From the NCBI GenBank assembly GCA_020725925.1, contig DYTN01000002.1:44621-108620 (forward strand): a stretch of DNA of 64,000 bases, given 5' to 3'. A program made the translations under genes and the position numbers. Shown here in pieces: positions 29,289-39,524 of this stretch (within the stretch, counting starts at the first letter, position 1; every line of letters starts with the position of its first letter). The DNA comes from Methanobacteriota archaeon. GTDB lineage: Archaea > Thermoplasmatota > Thermoplasmata > UBA10834. A model generated the notes under the pieces. The model was not told where the DNA came from. It ran no database searches and saw only the letters and a program-made list of their open reading frames with translations.

Positions 29289-30165
29289 CCCCTCGCCAAG
29301 GATGCCGGCTGCGATGAAATTCGAGACGCGCATAGCCCCGCTCGACCTGGACATCACTCTCGGATGCGGCCAGACATTCAGGTGGCGGAGGAGGGAGGAT
29401 GGTGCCTGGCAGGGCGTTCTGGGCGACCAGCTGGTGAGCTTGGCCATGGGCGCCTACGGCCTGGTCGTGGATTCGTCACCTGGCAGGCATGATGTCGAGG
29501 CGATGGTCAGGGAGTACCTGCGCGCGGAGGACGACATCGCGAAGATCCAGCGCAGGCTTGGCAGGGACGCGGTCCTGGCGAGGGGGATGCGCGAGGTCAA
29601 GGGCCTCAGGATAGTCAAGATGGATGAGTGGGAGTGCCTCGTGAGCTACCTGCTCGCAACCTATGCCAACATCCCCAGGATAGCGAGGATGATCGAGTCC
29701 GTGTCCAGCACGTGGGGCGCACAGATAGCCGATAGGGTCCATGAGTTCCCGTCGCGCGACGATCTCTCAGGCGCTAGTGAGAGCGAGCTGAAGCGCTGCG
29801 GCCTCGGCTATCGGGCGAGATACGTCCGGGAGCTCTGCGACGCGGTCGACATGAGCTCGATGAGACGGTTCAGGCGCCTCGGATACGAGGACCTCCGAGA
29901 GGCCCTCAAGGAGCTGCCCGGCGTGGGAGACAAGGTGGCGGATTGCGTCTGCCTGTTCGGCTTCGGCAGGCTCGAGGCGTTCCCGATCGATGTCTGGATG
30001 GAGAGGGCCCTGGCAAGGCTGTACAAAGCGAAAGGGTCGTACCGGAAGCTGAGGATGTTCGCGCTGGAGAAATTCGGTCCGTTCGCCGGCTACGCCCAGG
30101 AATACCTCTACTACAACGAGCGCCTGCGCGCGCCCGATGGTACGTGCGTGTTCTCACACAAATGA
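29272..30165 (+). CDS. ogg: 8-oxoguanine DNA glycosylase / AP lyase (Ogg, HhH-GPD superfamily).
   Basis: - GCGQTFRWRR motif.
- HhH-GPD LPGVGDKVADCVCLFGF..D.W with catalytic Lys/Asp.
- Real start probably at the internal Met at 29302 or 29314. Confidence 0.8.
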   Translation: MATRDSPSPRMPAAMKFETRIAPLDLDITLGCGQTFRWRRREDGAWQGVLGDQLVSLAMGAYGLVVDSSPGRHDVEAMVREYLRAEDDIAKIQRRLGRDAVLARGMREVKGLRIVKMDEWECLVSYLLATYANIPRIARMIESVSSTWGAQIADRVHEFPSRDDLSGASESELKRCGLGYRARYVRELCDAVDMSSMRRFRRLGYEDLREALKELPGVGDKVADCVCLFGFGRLEAFPIDVWMERALARLYKAKGSYRKLRMFALEKFGPFAGYAQEYLYYNERLRAPDGTCVFSHK

Positions 30166-30705
30166 CAGGATGGACCTGTCGAGCAGCAGCAGGATGCCCT
30201 CTGCGACCGCAGCGAGCCCGACGACTACCATCGTGGGCTTCCACTGCAGGACCATGGTGGCAATCGTCAGCAGGTCCTCGAGGAAATGGAAGATGACGGC
30301 CACGATGCCTCCGACGACGAAGAAGACTATGAGCAGTATGATCCACTCGTCGATCCCGAAGACGTGCGACGGAAGCACGAGGGACGCGGCGAGGGACGCG
30401 GCGCTCCCCACGACCGCGCCTATCACGCCCGACCAAGGTATCTCCCGCATTGGCTTCAGGAACAGCGTCAGAGCGACGATCACGAGTATGGTGAGGGACA
30501 GCCAGTTGACCGTGCCCTCGGTGCCTGCGAGGAACGCGAGCACTATCATCGCCGCGCCCAGAATGAATGCGAGGAAAGTCCCGACTTCGTCCCAGTAGGA
30601 GTCATCCCGCACCCCGTAGACCGCGATGGCCATCGACAGAAGCCCGCCTACCACGAGCGCGAGCGCGGGCACGGGCTCTTCAGCCAGGGCTGATAAGTCG
30701 ACCAC
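30154..30705 (-). CDS. Hypothetical integral membrane protein (5-6 TM).
   Basis: Hydrophobic 183-aa ORF. No recognisable family. Confidence 0.45.
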   Translation of the reverse strand: MVDLSALAEEPVPALALVVGGLLSMAIAVYGVRDDSYWDEVGTFLAFILGAAMIVLAFLAGTEGTVNWLSLTILVIVALTLFLKPMREIPWSGVIGAVVGSAASLAASLVLPSHVFGIDEWIILLIVFFVVGGIVAVIFHFLEDLLTIATMVLQWKPTMVVVGLAAVAEGILLLLDRSILSFV

Positions 30706-30732
30706 GGGGCCCGGAAGGAGAGACCGTGCTCA

Positions 30733-33700
30733 TTATGCTTGCCCCTTCCTGACGCTCTTGACGCCCGGGTGGGTCCTCTGGTAGAAGTCCATGATCTCCC
30801 AGTCCGAAACCCTGCCCGCCTCCTTGCCTGCGAGGGCGAGGCCGAGGGTCCTGGCGTAGCCTGCTATGATCTCCTCGCAGCCGGGTTCGCCCTGGACATC
30901 GGAGACCTCGAGCTTTCCCTTCACCACCCTGCCCAGGAACGAGCCGATCGGCTCGATCCCGCGGAAGATTGCATAGCGGCCCGTCTCCGGCAGCAGCTCC
31001 CTGTAGGTCGCGCGCAGATAGGGCACGACGTAGTCGAGCGGCGTCAGGACGACCGTGGCTGAGAACCTCCGCCTCCCCAGAGCCTCGTACGTCTCCCTGG
31101 AGGCCCAGTAGAGAGTGCCCGACCCGCGCAAGAGGAACCCCTTCACCAGGAAGCCCTCGTCCTCGAGCGCGCGCAACGAGCGCCTGATCTCGCGCATGCG
31201 TATCTCGTGCCCGAGGATCGACGCCACCGTCTCCGCGTTGACCACGCCGTAGGTCTCGAACAGGCGCTTGACTATGCGGGTCCACGCAGCCCGCCTTGAT
31301 GTCCTCATCCGCTTTGTGACCACGTAGGCCAGCGCCTCGTCCCAGTAGACCCTCGAGGACTCGTAGAGCGATGCCAGGGCCACGAGAGTGTCCTCCCTTC
31401 CGAGCGGGGACAGCTCCAGCAGGCGGGAGCGTCTCACGGGCTCCTGATCGGCGACTATGCGCATCACGAGCTTCTCGTCCGGGGTGAGGTCCTTGGCCCT
31501 GGCCGACCTGTAGAGGCTCGCGTCCTCCATACTGCAGTACCCGTGCCTGTCCGGGACGAGCCGCCCCCTGACGACCTCGCCCTTTCGCTGGAGCTTCTGG
31601 AGGGAGACGAACTTCTTGACCCGGACGAGGGCCTCCGCATTCGACCGGAACCCTCCGTACCGCTCCAGGGCATCGGCCATGTCCCTGAGCTTCTCCGACT
31701 CCTCAAGGTTCTGCATGGAGAAGACGACGTGCAGGATGTCCTGGTCGTCGAAGCACTCCGTGACGAGCCTGCCCTTGACCAGCATGCCGTTCGCCTCCAC
31801 ATACCCTCTGCTGATGAACGGCGCTTTGAGGTCGTCTTGGAGCTGGTCTATGTCGGTCCCCAGCACGCGCCTCACGCGGTCGATCTCCACTCCCTGGGCG
31901 TTGTAGAACGGCATGATCGCGTCCACGGAGTCTATGGCCTGGCCGAGCATCTCGGGCTCGTCGAGCTGCATCTCGCGGATCTCGACGGAGCCTGCCATGA
32001 GCCACTTCTCCATCATCCCCACTATCCTGCCGTTCTTGACCAGCGGGAAGATCCAGCCCTCGCCGTACCTGGAGGTGACTTCGGTCCACTTGTCGCTCAG
32101 GAACGGATCGTACAGGGAGAGGATGTGTAGCCTGTCGTCCGCCTTGTGCGCATGCTCCAGCTCGCGCAGCTCTTCTGGCATGAGGAACATCTCGGTCTTC
32201 TCCAAGCCCACGAAGACGCTCTTCGTGCCTATCTTCCGGAGAAGCGCCCTCGCGTCCTCCGGCTCGATGTCCAGGTATTTCGCCGCCTGGCTGGCTGTGG
32301 CCGGCCCGAAGCCCCTGAGGTACCGTCTCAGGACCCTCTCGAAGGGCGAGTCGGTCTCCGGCTCGATCTCGCACGGGGCGTACACGCTCCTGGCGCTCCA
32401 CGATTCTGCCTCATCGTACTCCCTGAGGAGGAGGCCCTTCCTGTCCAGCGTGTCGAAGTTCTCCCTCATGATGTCCGGGGGGAAGCCGGTCGCCTCCGCG
32501 AGCTGTTGATATGTGCCCGACCCGAGCTTCCGGAGCGTGTGCAGTATCTCCGCCTCGTACTTGTCCAGCCTGCCTTCTCTGTACACGCCGAGGTAGTAGG
32601 GCGCATCCTCGGCGAGCACGTACCTGAGCCTCCCGCGCACGAACCTCCCGAGGAGGATCTCGCCCTTCCTGCGCATCTCCCCGAACTCCTCCATGTCGAA
32701 CCCATCGACCCTCTGGAAGATGTCGTAGATCATGCCGGCCTCGCCGAACTCCTCGAAGTACTCCCGTATCGACTGGACCTTGGCGAACTGCTTCCTCTCG
32801 CTGTACGCCCTGACGGTCTCTCGGTCGAAGACGGCCTGGTCCTTGGACCTCAGCCTCAGGTAGTCCCTGGCCAGCATGTACTGCTGCTGCTCGCCCACGA
32901 CGAACCGCCCTGAAACGACCGCCTCCTTCGAGACCAGCTCCCGGAGAGCCTCCTCCGCTTCAGGCTCCGTCACGCCGACCTCGTACGCGAGGTCCTCGAC
33001 CGTGATGGGCGCATGATACGCGATGTGTCGCAGGACCGCCTCCTGAAGGCAGTCTCTGTGCGAGCCCTGCTCTTGGCCTACCAACGCGAACAGGAATGTG
33101 TCGCCCCTGATGTCCGACCTGCATATCTCGTTCGCAGTCTCGAGCCTTCGGAGCGACTCCCGCAGGTCGGCGGCCTCGACATGGAGCGCCTCCGCAAAGG
33201 AGTGCGCGCTCCTGCCGGCCTTCGAGAGTCCCTTCAGGATCCCTCCCTCGATCTCGGAGTGCTTGACCCTCTTCCGGTGCAGGCAGACATACAGCGGATG
33301 GTCCTCTGCGGCGACGTAGACGTCCTCCCCTATCCAGACGGACCTGACCCCGCCCTCGTGCAGGAGCTCGGAGCTCCAGCCCTTAAGTATGTCGAAGGGC
33401 TCCGACGAGTGGGCGAAGACGCTCTCCCCCTTCTCCCTGAACAGGTTCATGGGGCCGACCAGCCTGACGGCTCGAAGGACGTCCTCCTTCGATTCTATCC
33501 TGGGGAACTTGGCCGCGAAATACTCCTCCACGGAGTCGGCGTCGAACTGGTACTCCACGATGGCCTCCTCGCCAAGAGCACGCGCGAGCACCTTCCTGTG
33601 GAGCTCCCTGAGCAGCATGCTCCTGTCCTCCATCAGGACTATGTCCGAGACGCCCACGAGGATCGCGTTGTGGGCGAACGGGGACGGCACGCTCGAGAAC

Positions 33701-36138
33701 GGGACGAACTCGACCTTCCTCTCGCCCTTCTCTATGCTGGCCAGCACCTCCTTGGCGTGCTCGAGATCCATGACATCCGTGAGTATCTCCTGATAGGTTT
33801 CGGCCATCACGGGGAAGTCGTCGAGCTCGTGCAGCGCGTCGAGCAGCCTTCCTGACCGCAGCTGCTGCCTCGCGACCGAGAGCTCCTTGCCCTTGTAGTT
33901 CCTCAGTATCATGAAGCTGCGCGTGGCCGTGTGCCTGAACCGCTGCGAGAAAAGCTCCGACCCGCGTATGGCGCTCCTGAGGACGCGCTCCAGGTCCGAG
34001 GACCTGAGCATGACCTCGAGCTCCTCCAGCCTGAAGCTCCTGGGGGCGGTCAGCATGAAGTTGTCGTCGGTGACGGAGACGGTGACATTGCACTTCAGCC
34101 TCTCGGTCAGGACGGCTGCGTAGGCCCTGGACAGAGCATCGTTCGCGCGTCTGCCGAACGGGAAGTGGAATATCGCGCTCTTGTTGCCGGACGCATCCAC
34201 ATAGCCCTCAATCAGGAGCCTCGAGTTGGTCGGGATCTTGGCGACCGTCGCCTGCTCCTTGAAGTAGTTGATGATGGTGGTGGCGGAGCCCTCGTCGACG
34301 GCGAACTCCGACCTGAGCCACGAGGTGATTTCCCCGTCAGGCATGCTTCCCAAGCGCCGTTCCATCTCCCCTCTGAACTTGCCGACGAGGACCGATAGGT
34401 CGAAGCTCCGCGGGAGCAGCTCTCCGGTCCATGATGGCACGGTCGGCTTCCTCCCGCTGGCGCTCTTCACGAAGGCCTTGGTGACCTTCGACTTGACGAA
34501 CTCGTAGCTCCTGCCACCGAGAACGAATATGTCTCCCTGGGAGAGCCTCTCGACGAACTTCTCAGACAAGGAGCCTATAAGCGACCCGCGCTCGGAGAAG
34601 ACCTCGTAGTCCGCCTCCTCTGGGATAGTCCCCTGGTTCAGGTAGTAGATCATCCGCGAGCCACGCTTCCTCCCGAACGTGCCCTCCTTCTCGTCGTACC
34701 AGAGCTTCGAGTAGATGCCCTCGAACTCCTCCTTGCCCCCGAGGAACCTGAGCACGCTCTTCATCTGCTCCAAGGTCAGGTCCCTGTAGCAGTAGGAGCG
34801 CCTGACGAGGCCGAAGGCCTCGTCGACCTTCCACTTGCGCTCAATCGACATGCCGACCAAGAGCTGCGCGAGCACGTCCAAGGAGCACATGGGGATTGTG
34901 ACCCGGTCGATCATCTTCCTGTGGGCCGCCCGGCACAGGACCGCGCACTCGACAAGGTCGTCGTTCTCGAAGACCACTATCCGCCCCTTCGAGGTGCCGC
35001 CGTACTTGTGCCCCGCCCTGCCAATCCTCTGGAGGCCCTTCGCGACGGACTTCGGGGAGCCTATCTGCACTACCAGGTCGATGTATCCGATGTCTATTCC
35101 AAGCTCGAGCGAGGTGGACGACACCACGGACCTGAGGGACCCGTTCCTGAGGCCGCCCTCGACGTCCATGCGGGTCTCCCGGCTGAGGCTCCCGTGGTGC
35201 GTGCCTATGTTCTCGACGCCGCGCTCCTTCAGCTTGTAGACGACGCTCTCCGCGCCGCTCCTGGTGTTCGTGAAGACCAGCGTGGTCCTGTGCTGTCCGA
35301 TCATCTCCCTCAGCAGGTCGTACATCTTCGAGTTGACGACCTCGAACGACAGCGCGGTCATGTCCTTCGCCGGGCACAGCACCTCCAGGTCGAGCCCCCG
35401 CTGGCCGAACACCTCGACGATGTCGATCTCCCGGGGGATGCCGCCCTTGAGGCCCGCGAGGTACTCCGCCACCTGCTCGAGGGGCGCGACGGTGGCGGAG
35501 AGCCCTATCCTCACGAACTCCTTCAGACAGAAGCTCTGCAGACGCTCGAGCGCGACCGAGAGCGCGACGCCCCTCTTCGAATCGCAGACCTCGTGGACCT
35601 CGTCAACTATCACATAGTCGACGCTCTCGAACTTCGTGCTGAACACGGGTGTGGAGAGTACGAGCGACAGCGACTCCGGGGTCGTGATGAATATGTGGGG
35701 CGGGGACCGGGCCTGCCGCTGCCTCTCGCTGGGCAGCGTGTCGCCCGTGCGCACCGCCACCTTGACCTTCGGCGCCTCCAGGCCTTTCGATTCGAAGAGT
35801 GCCGAGATCTCCCCAAGGGGCTTCAGGAGGTTCTCGTTGATGTCGTTCGCGAGGGCCTTCAGGGGCGAGACATAGACCGCGAATATCCTGTCCTCGAGCT
35901 CCCCCTGCTCCGCGAGCAGGATCAGCTCGTTCAGTATGGACAGGAACGCCGTCAGGGTCTTTCCCGAACCCGTGGGGGAGGAAACGAGAACGCTCCGCTT
36001 GGCGTGGATGAGCGGGACTGCCATTGACTGTGCCTGGGTGACCTCTCCGAACTTCGAGCGGAACCACTCGGAGACGACTGGATGCATCGCCGAGAGGGCC
36101 TCGCCCGTGGTCCGACCGTTGCTTACCTTGTTGACCAT
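30733..36138 (-). CDS. lhr: Lhr-family ATP-dependent DNA helicase, unusually long (1801 aa), with ~900 aa of C-terminal winged-helix-like repeat modules.
   Basis: - N-terminal ~900 aa: SF2 motifs (SSPTGSGKT, DEVHE).
- Lhr-core WH/domain-4 order.
- C-terminal half holds repeated GRLV/WH-like blocks (EILLGRFVRGRLRYVLAEDAPYY; EVVRGRLVPDRHGY; GFLLRGSGTLYWASRE). Confidence 0.85.
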   Translation of the reverse strand: MVNKVSNGRTTGEALSAMHPVVSEWFRSKFGEVTQAQSMAVPLIHAKRSVLVSSPTGSGKTLTAFLSILNELILLAEQGELEDRIFAVYVSPLKALANDINENLLKPLGEISALFESKGLEAPKVKVAVRTGDTLPSERQRQARSPPHIFITTPESLSLVLSTPVFSTKFESVDYVIVDEVHEVCDSKRGVALSVALERLQSFCLKEFVRIGLSATVAPLEQVAEYLAGLKGGIPREIDIVEVFGQRGLDLEVLCPAKDMTALSFEVVNSKMYDLLREMIGQHRTTLVFTNTRSGAESVVYKLKERGVENIGTHHGSLSRETRMDVEGGLRNGSLRSVVSSTSLELGIDIGYIDLVVQIGSPKSVAKGLQRIGRAGHKYGGTSKGRIVVFENDDLVECAVLCRAAHRKMIDRVTIPMCSLDVLAQLLVGMSIERKWKVDEAFGLVRRSYCYRDLTLEQMKSVLRFLGGKEEFEGIYSKLWYDEKEGTFGRKRGSRMIYYLNQGTIPEEADYEVFSERGSLIGSLSEKFVERLSQGDIFVLGGRSYEFVKSKVTKAFVKSASGRKPTVPSWTGELLPRSFDLSVLVGKFRGEMERRLGSMPDGEITSWLRSEFAVDEGSATTIINYFKEQATVAKIPTNSRLLIEGYVDASGNKSAIFHFPFGRRANDALSRAYAAVLTERLKCNVTVSVTDDNFMLTAPRSFRLEELEVMLRSSDLERVLRSAIRGSELFSQRFRHTATRSFMILRNYKGKELSVARQQLRSGRLLDALHELDDFPVMAETYQEILTDVMDLEHAKEVLASIEKGERKVEFVPFSSVPSPFAHNAILVGVSDIVLMEDRSMLLRELHRKVLARALGEEAIVEYQFDADSVEEYFAAKFPRIESKEDVLRAVRLVGPMNLFREKGESVFAHSSEPFDILKGWSSELLHEGGVRSVWIGEDVYVAAEDHPLYVCLHRKRVKHSEIEGGILKGLSKAGRSAHSFAEALHVEAADLRESLRRLETANEICRSDIRGDTFLFALVGQEQGSHRDCLQEAVLRHIAYHAPITVEDLAYEVGVTEPEAEEALRELVSKEAVVSGRFVVGEQQQYMLARDYLRLRSKDQAVFDRETVRAYSERKQFAKVQSIREYFEEFGEAGMIYDIFQRVDGFDMEEFGEMRRKGEILLGRFVRGRLRYVLAEDAPYYLGVYREGRLDKYEAEILHTLRKLGSGTYQQLAEATGFPPDIMRENFDTLDRKGLLLREYDEAESWSARSVYAPCEIEPETDSPFERVLRRYLRGFGPATASQAAKYLDIEPEDARALLRKIGTKSVFVGLEKTEMFLMPEELRELEHAHKADDRLHILSLYDPFLSDKWTEVTSRYGEGWIFPLVKNGRIVGMMEKWLMAGSVEIREMQLDEPEMLGQAIDSVDAIMPFYNAQGVEIDRVRRVLGTDIDQLQDDLKAPFISRGYVEANGMLVKGRLVTECFDDQDILHVVFSMQNLEESEKLRDMADALERYGGFRSNAEALVRVKKFVSLQKLQRKGEVVRGRLVPDRHGYCSMEDASLYRSARAKDLTPDEKLVMRIVADQEPVRRSRLLELSPLGREDTLVALASLYESSRVYWDEALAYVVTKRMRTSRRAAWTRIVKRLFETYGVVNAETVASILGHEIRMREIRRSLRALEDEGFLVKGFLLRGSGTLYWASRETYEALGRRRFSATVVLTPLDYVVPYLRATYRELLPETGRYAIFRGIEPIGSFLGRVVKGKLEVSDVQGEPGCEEIIAGYARTLGLALAGKEAGRVSDWEIMDFYQRTHPGVKSVRKGQA

Positions 36139-36176
36139 GCTGACTGACCGTCTATTCCGCTTCGTTATCCAGTGAG

Positions 36177-36188
36177 CGTATTAATACG
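36177..36188. promoter_or_regulatory. Perfect 12-bp AT-rich palindrome CGTATTAATACG between the divergent lhr and surface-protein genes; candidate shared TATA/BRE element or operator.
   Basis: Read directly. It is 40 nt upstream of the lhr start and 85 nt upstream of the 36273 start. Confidence 0.3.
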
Positions 36189-36272
36189 TTTTCAGCAGGG
36201 ACCGCGAAATTCGAGGGGAGCGGCAAACGTATTTACCTGCCCGAGCCAATGGTGGGCAACAGCGGATGACTG

Positions 36273-37958
36273 ATGGCCAGACCTCTAGTTCCAGCGCTCA
36301 GGTTGCTACCACTCGCACTCGTCCTTCTGTCGCTCTCCGCCTTCGTCTTCTGCCCGCTCACAGTCTGTCCCGGGGCCGAGACGCAGAGAGCGCAGACCAT
36401 GCAGGCACCTGGCACTGGGAACGTGAATGTGACGGTCACGGACAACTCGGGAAGGCCCGTCTCCGACGCACGCGTGATGTTCAATGGCTCCGCCGCTGGC
36501 ATCACTGACAGCGACGGGACGTTGACCATCCACGATGTGATTCCGAACGAGACCGGGAGACCGTACCTCGTATGGGCGAACAGAAGCGGGTATCTGAACA
36601 GCACGGTCGAGCTGTGCATTGTCTCGGCAGACGCCACGACCAATGTGACCCTTGAGCTCGAGGGAAGCACCATCCTCGGCACCGTCACGGGTCCCTCCGG
36701 AGGGCTCGTCGGGGCTACGGTCTCCATCTTCGAGCTCGGATTGTCGGTCGTCATCACGAACGCTGACGGCAGCTACGGTTTGGTGGGAGTCAGGGGCGGT
36801 CCCAGGTCCGTGATGGCAAACGCCACGGGCTACATCCAACAGACCAAAGACGTCGTGCTTCCCGTCGGGGAGAGCCTGCTCCTCAACTTCGTCCTGAGCT
36901 CGCTGCAGGGATCGGTCTCGGGGCACGTCTATCACTCCGCCCTTCTGACGCCCCTGAACAACACCAACATATCCATCCAGATCGGTGCTACAACGCTCAC
37001 CGTTGTCAGCGACTCGGCAGGGAGCTACAACATCACCAACGTCCCTGAGGGGACCTACTCGCTCACGGCCTCCAGGGAGGGATTCTTCTCCTCCACGCTG
37101 GCGAACGTCGCGGTCACGAGGGGCAACGAGACCGAGGACGTGGACTTCTACCTGCAGGAGAGGCCAACGCGCCTATACGGGGTCGTCAGGTCGGGCACGC
37201 TCCTGCTCGCCGGCGTCAACGTGACCATCGAGGCGACGACATACTACAACATATCTGGGGCGGACGGCAGCTATGAGATACGCAACCTGACCGCTGGAGC
37301 GTACACAGTGAAGGTTGCAGTCACCGGGTATGAGACCGCCTTGGTCACAGGTGTCGTGATACCATCAGGGGGCGAGGTGCAGGTGAATATCAACCTGGTC
37401 GCCCTTCCCGGTGCGATACTCAGGGGAGTCGTCACCGCCAGTGACTCTGGCGACCCGCTGGCGAACGTGTTCATCACAATCGTGGACTCGGAGCCGAGCG
37501 TGCGCTCCACGCTCACCAACATCATGGGCGAGTTCGAGTTCACTGGGCTCTCGGCGGGGAACTACACACTCAGGTTCGAGAGGACGGGGTACAGGCCGAT
37601 GGAGGTCTCCAAGATACTGGTCCAGGAGGATGCGGTCACCAACAGGACCTTCGAGATGACCCCCCTCAGGAGGGGCTTCGAGGGGTTCATCTTCGGGTTC
37701 GACATGGCCCATTCGATGATGATCCTGGCGCTGTTCCTCACCATTGTGATCCTGGCGATGGCCGTCTACCTGCGCATAAGGACCTTCCAGGCCCCGGAGA
37801 CCGCGCCTGCCGTGTACGACCAGGCGGAGGAGGAGGCGGTCGAGGGCGGTGAGAAGAAACCTTCGGAGGAGGTTCCACCAGCCGCCGAGAGCGAGGACAG
37901 CGACAGCTCTAGCCAACAGACAAATAAGGTGAGAAGGATCCGGCAGGGTGGCACGTAG
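36273..37958 (+). CDS. Secreted/anchored surface protein with ~5 carboxypeptidase-regulatory-like (CarboxypepD_reg/PEGA-type) beta-sandwich repeats, C-terminal TM helix and acidic tail.
   Basis: - Signal peptide LRLLPLALVLLSLSAFVFC.
- Repeats with the G.Y.L......GY signature (GTYSLTASREGF, GAYTVKVAVTGY, GNYTLRFERTGY).
- C-terminal TM helix MMILALFLTIVILAMAVYL.
- Glu/Ser-rich tail. Confidence 0.7.
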   Translation: MARPLVPALRLLPLALVLLSLSAFVFCPLTVCPGAETQRAQTMQAPGTGNVNVTVTDNSGRPVSDARVMFNGSAAGITDSDGTLTIHDVIPNETGRPYLVWANRSGYLNSTVELCIVSADATTNVTLELEGSTILGTVTGPSGGLVGATVSIFELGLSVVITNADGSYGLVGVRGGPRSVMANATGYIQQTKDVVLPVGESLLLNFVLSSLQGSVSGHVYHSALLTPLNNTNISIQIGATTLTVVSDSAGSYNITNVPEGTYSLTASREGFFSSTLANVAVTRGNETEDVDFYLQERPTRLYGVVRSGTLLLAGVNVTIEATTYYNISGADGSYEIRNLTAGAYTVKVAVTGYETALVTGVVIPSGGEVQVNINLVALPGAILRGVVTASDSGDPLANVFITIVDSEPSVRSTLTNIMGEFEFTGLSAGNYTLRFERTGYRPMEVSKILVQEDAVTNRTFEMTPLRRGFEGFIFGFDMAHSMMILALFLTIVILAMAVYLRIRTFQAPETAPAVYDQAEEEAVEGGEKKPSEEVPPAAESEDSDSSSQQTNKVRRIRQGGT

Positions 37959-37979
37959 CCCCGCACCACGACTCGCTTC

Positions 37980-38568
37980 TCAGCTCAGCCCGAGCTTCGC
38001 CCTGGCCTTCTTCTCGTTCTCCTTGACCTTGGCATCAACGTCGGCGAACAGGCTGTTCCCGTGAGAGTCGATCGCGACGGTCAGGGGCCCGAAGTTGTCC
38101 GCGTCCAGGATCCAGATTGCTTCTGGCATGCCAAGCTCGAACCACTCGACGCCCTCGACGCTCTTGATGCCCTTGGCCGCTAGCACCAGTGATGGCCAGG
38201 TAGACGCACCCGAACTTCTTCATCGCGTCCACCGTGGGCTGTGACATGCCCCCCTTGCCGATGATCGCCCCTGGCCTGAACTTCTCGATGAACTGAGGCT
38301 CGAGCGAGTTCATCCTGGAGGAGGTCGTGGGCCCCGCAGCCACGGCGACCCACCTCTCGCCCACCTTCTTCATGATGGGCCCGCAGTGGAACAGGGCCGA
38401 GCCCTTGAACTCGACGGGCACCTTCTTCCCCTTCTCGAGGCACTCGAGGGCATGTATGTGGACCTCGTCCCTGCCAGTGTAGATGATGCCGTCCAGATAG
38501 ATCGTCTCTCCCAGCTTCAACGCGCGCACATCGCTCTCCGGCAGCGGCGTCTTCAACCTCTTGGGCAT
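37980..38568 (-). CDS. Fumarate hydratase class I beta subunit (Fe-S hydro-lyase beta), interrupted by a frameshift near 38186-38196.
   Basis: - N-terminal part ([46 protein letters not shown]) is in one frame.
- C-terminal part ([46 protein letters not shown]) is in another.
- SD GAGGTGA precedes the ATG at 38568. Confidence 0.75.
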
Positions 38569-38573
38569 CTTGG

Positions 38574-39509
38574 TCACCTCTCGTGCGTCGGATAGGATGT
38601 CTTCCCGTCCGGCCCTATCCTGACGGTCCCCCGCCTCCCGGCCCAACACTGCACGTTTATCCCGACCGGCAGGCTGGCCGTGTGGCAGAATGCGTACTCG
38701 ATGTTCAGGCCCAGACACGTGGTCTTGCCCCCGAGGCCCATGGGACCGATGCCGAGCATGTTGATCGCCTCGAGCAGCTCCGACTCGAGCTTGGCTATCT
38801 CCGGGTCCTTGTGTCTCTGGTTGATTGGCCGGAGCAGCGCCTCCTTGGCCAGCTTCATGGCGATGTCGCTGGAGCCGCCGATCCCGACGCCGAGGATCGT
38901 TGGCGGGCACGGGTTGCTCCCGGCCCTCACGACTGTGTTGAGCACGAACTCCTTGATGCCCTTCAGGCCCTGGCTGGGAGTGAGCATCGCGAGGGCGCTC
39001 ATGTTCTCCGAGCCCGCGCCCTTGGTCATCACGGTGATCTCGATGTAGTCCTTGTCGTGGACCTTCCAGTTGATGTAGGGCATCCTCTCGCCGACGTTGT
39101 CGCCGGGGTTCTTGCGGGTGATCGGGTGCACGGCGTTGGGTCTGAGAGGGACCTCCTTGGTCGCCTTTCTGACGCCCTCCACGATGCCCCTGCCCACATC
39201 GACCTTGCAGTCCTTCGGCAGCGCCGCATAGAATATCGTCACGCCCGTGTCCTGGCACATGGGCGTATTGCCCTTGATTGCCATGTCTATGTTGTCCACA
39301 ATCGTCTTGAGCTGCATCCTGGGGACCTCGTCCGTCTCCGCGGCGTATGCCTTCCTCAAGGCCTCCTCGACGTCAGTCGGGAGCTTCACGACGGTCTTCC
39401 TGAGCAGCTCGACCGTGGCATTGGCTATGTCCGCTTCGGTGACCATTTCTAACAGACCTCTCCGGCCTGGGAAAGGCTCGACGGAATTAATGCCTTTCGG
39501 GGGAACCAT
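38574..39509 (-). CDS. Fumarate hydratase class I alpha subunit (Fe-S hydro-lyase, tartrate/fumarate subfamily).
   Basis: Full-length alpha-subunit match, including the Cys ligand region (NTPMCQDTG, NVQCWA). Confidence 0.85.
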   Translation of the reverse strand: MVPPKGINSVEPFPGRRGLLEMVTEADIANATVELLRKTVVKLPTDVEEALRKAYAAETDEVPRMQLKTIVDNIDMAIKGNTPMCQDTGVTIFYAALPKDCKVDVGRGIVEGVRKATKEVPLRPNAVHPITRKNPGDNVGERMPYINWKVHDKDYIEITVMTKGAGSENMSALAMLTPSQGLKGIKEFVLNTVVRAGSNPCPPTILGVGIGGSSDIAMKLAKEALLRPINQRHKDPEIAKLESELLEAINMLGIGPMGLGGKTTCLGLNIEYAFCHTASLPVGINVQCWAGRRGTVRIGPDGKTSYPTHER

Positions 39510-39524
39510 GCGGGAACGGGACGA

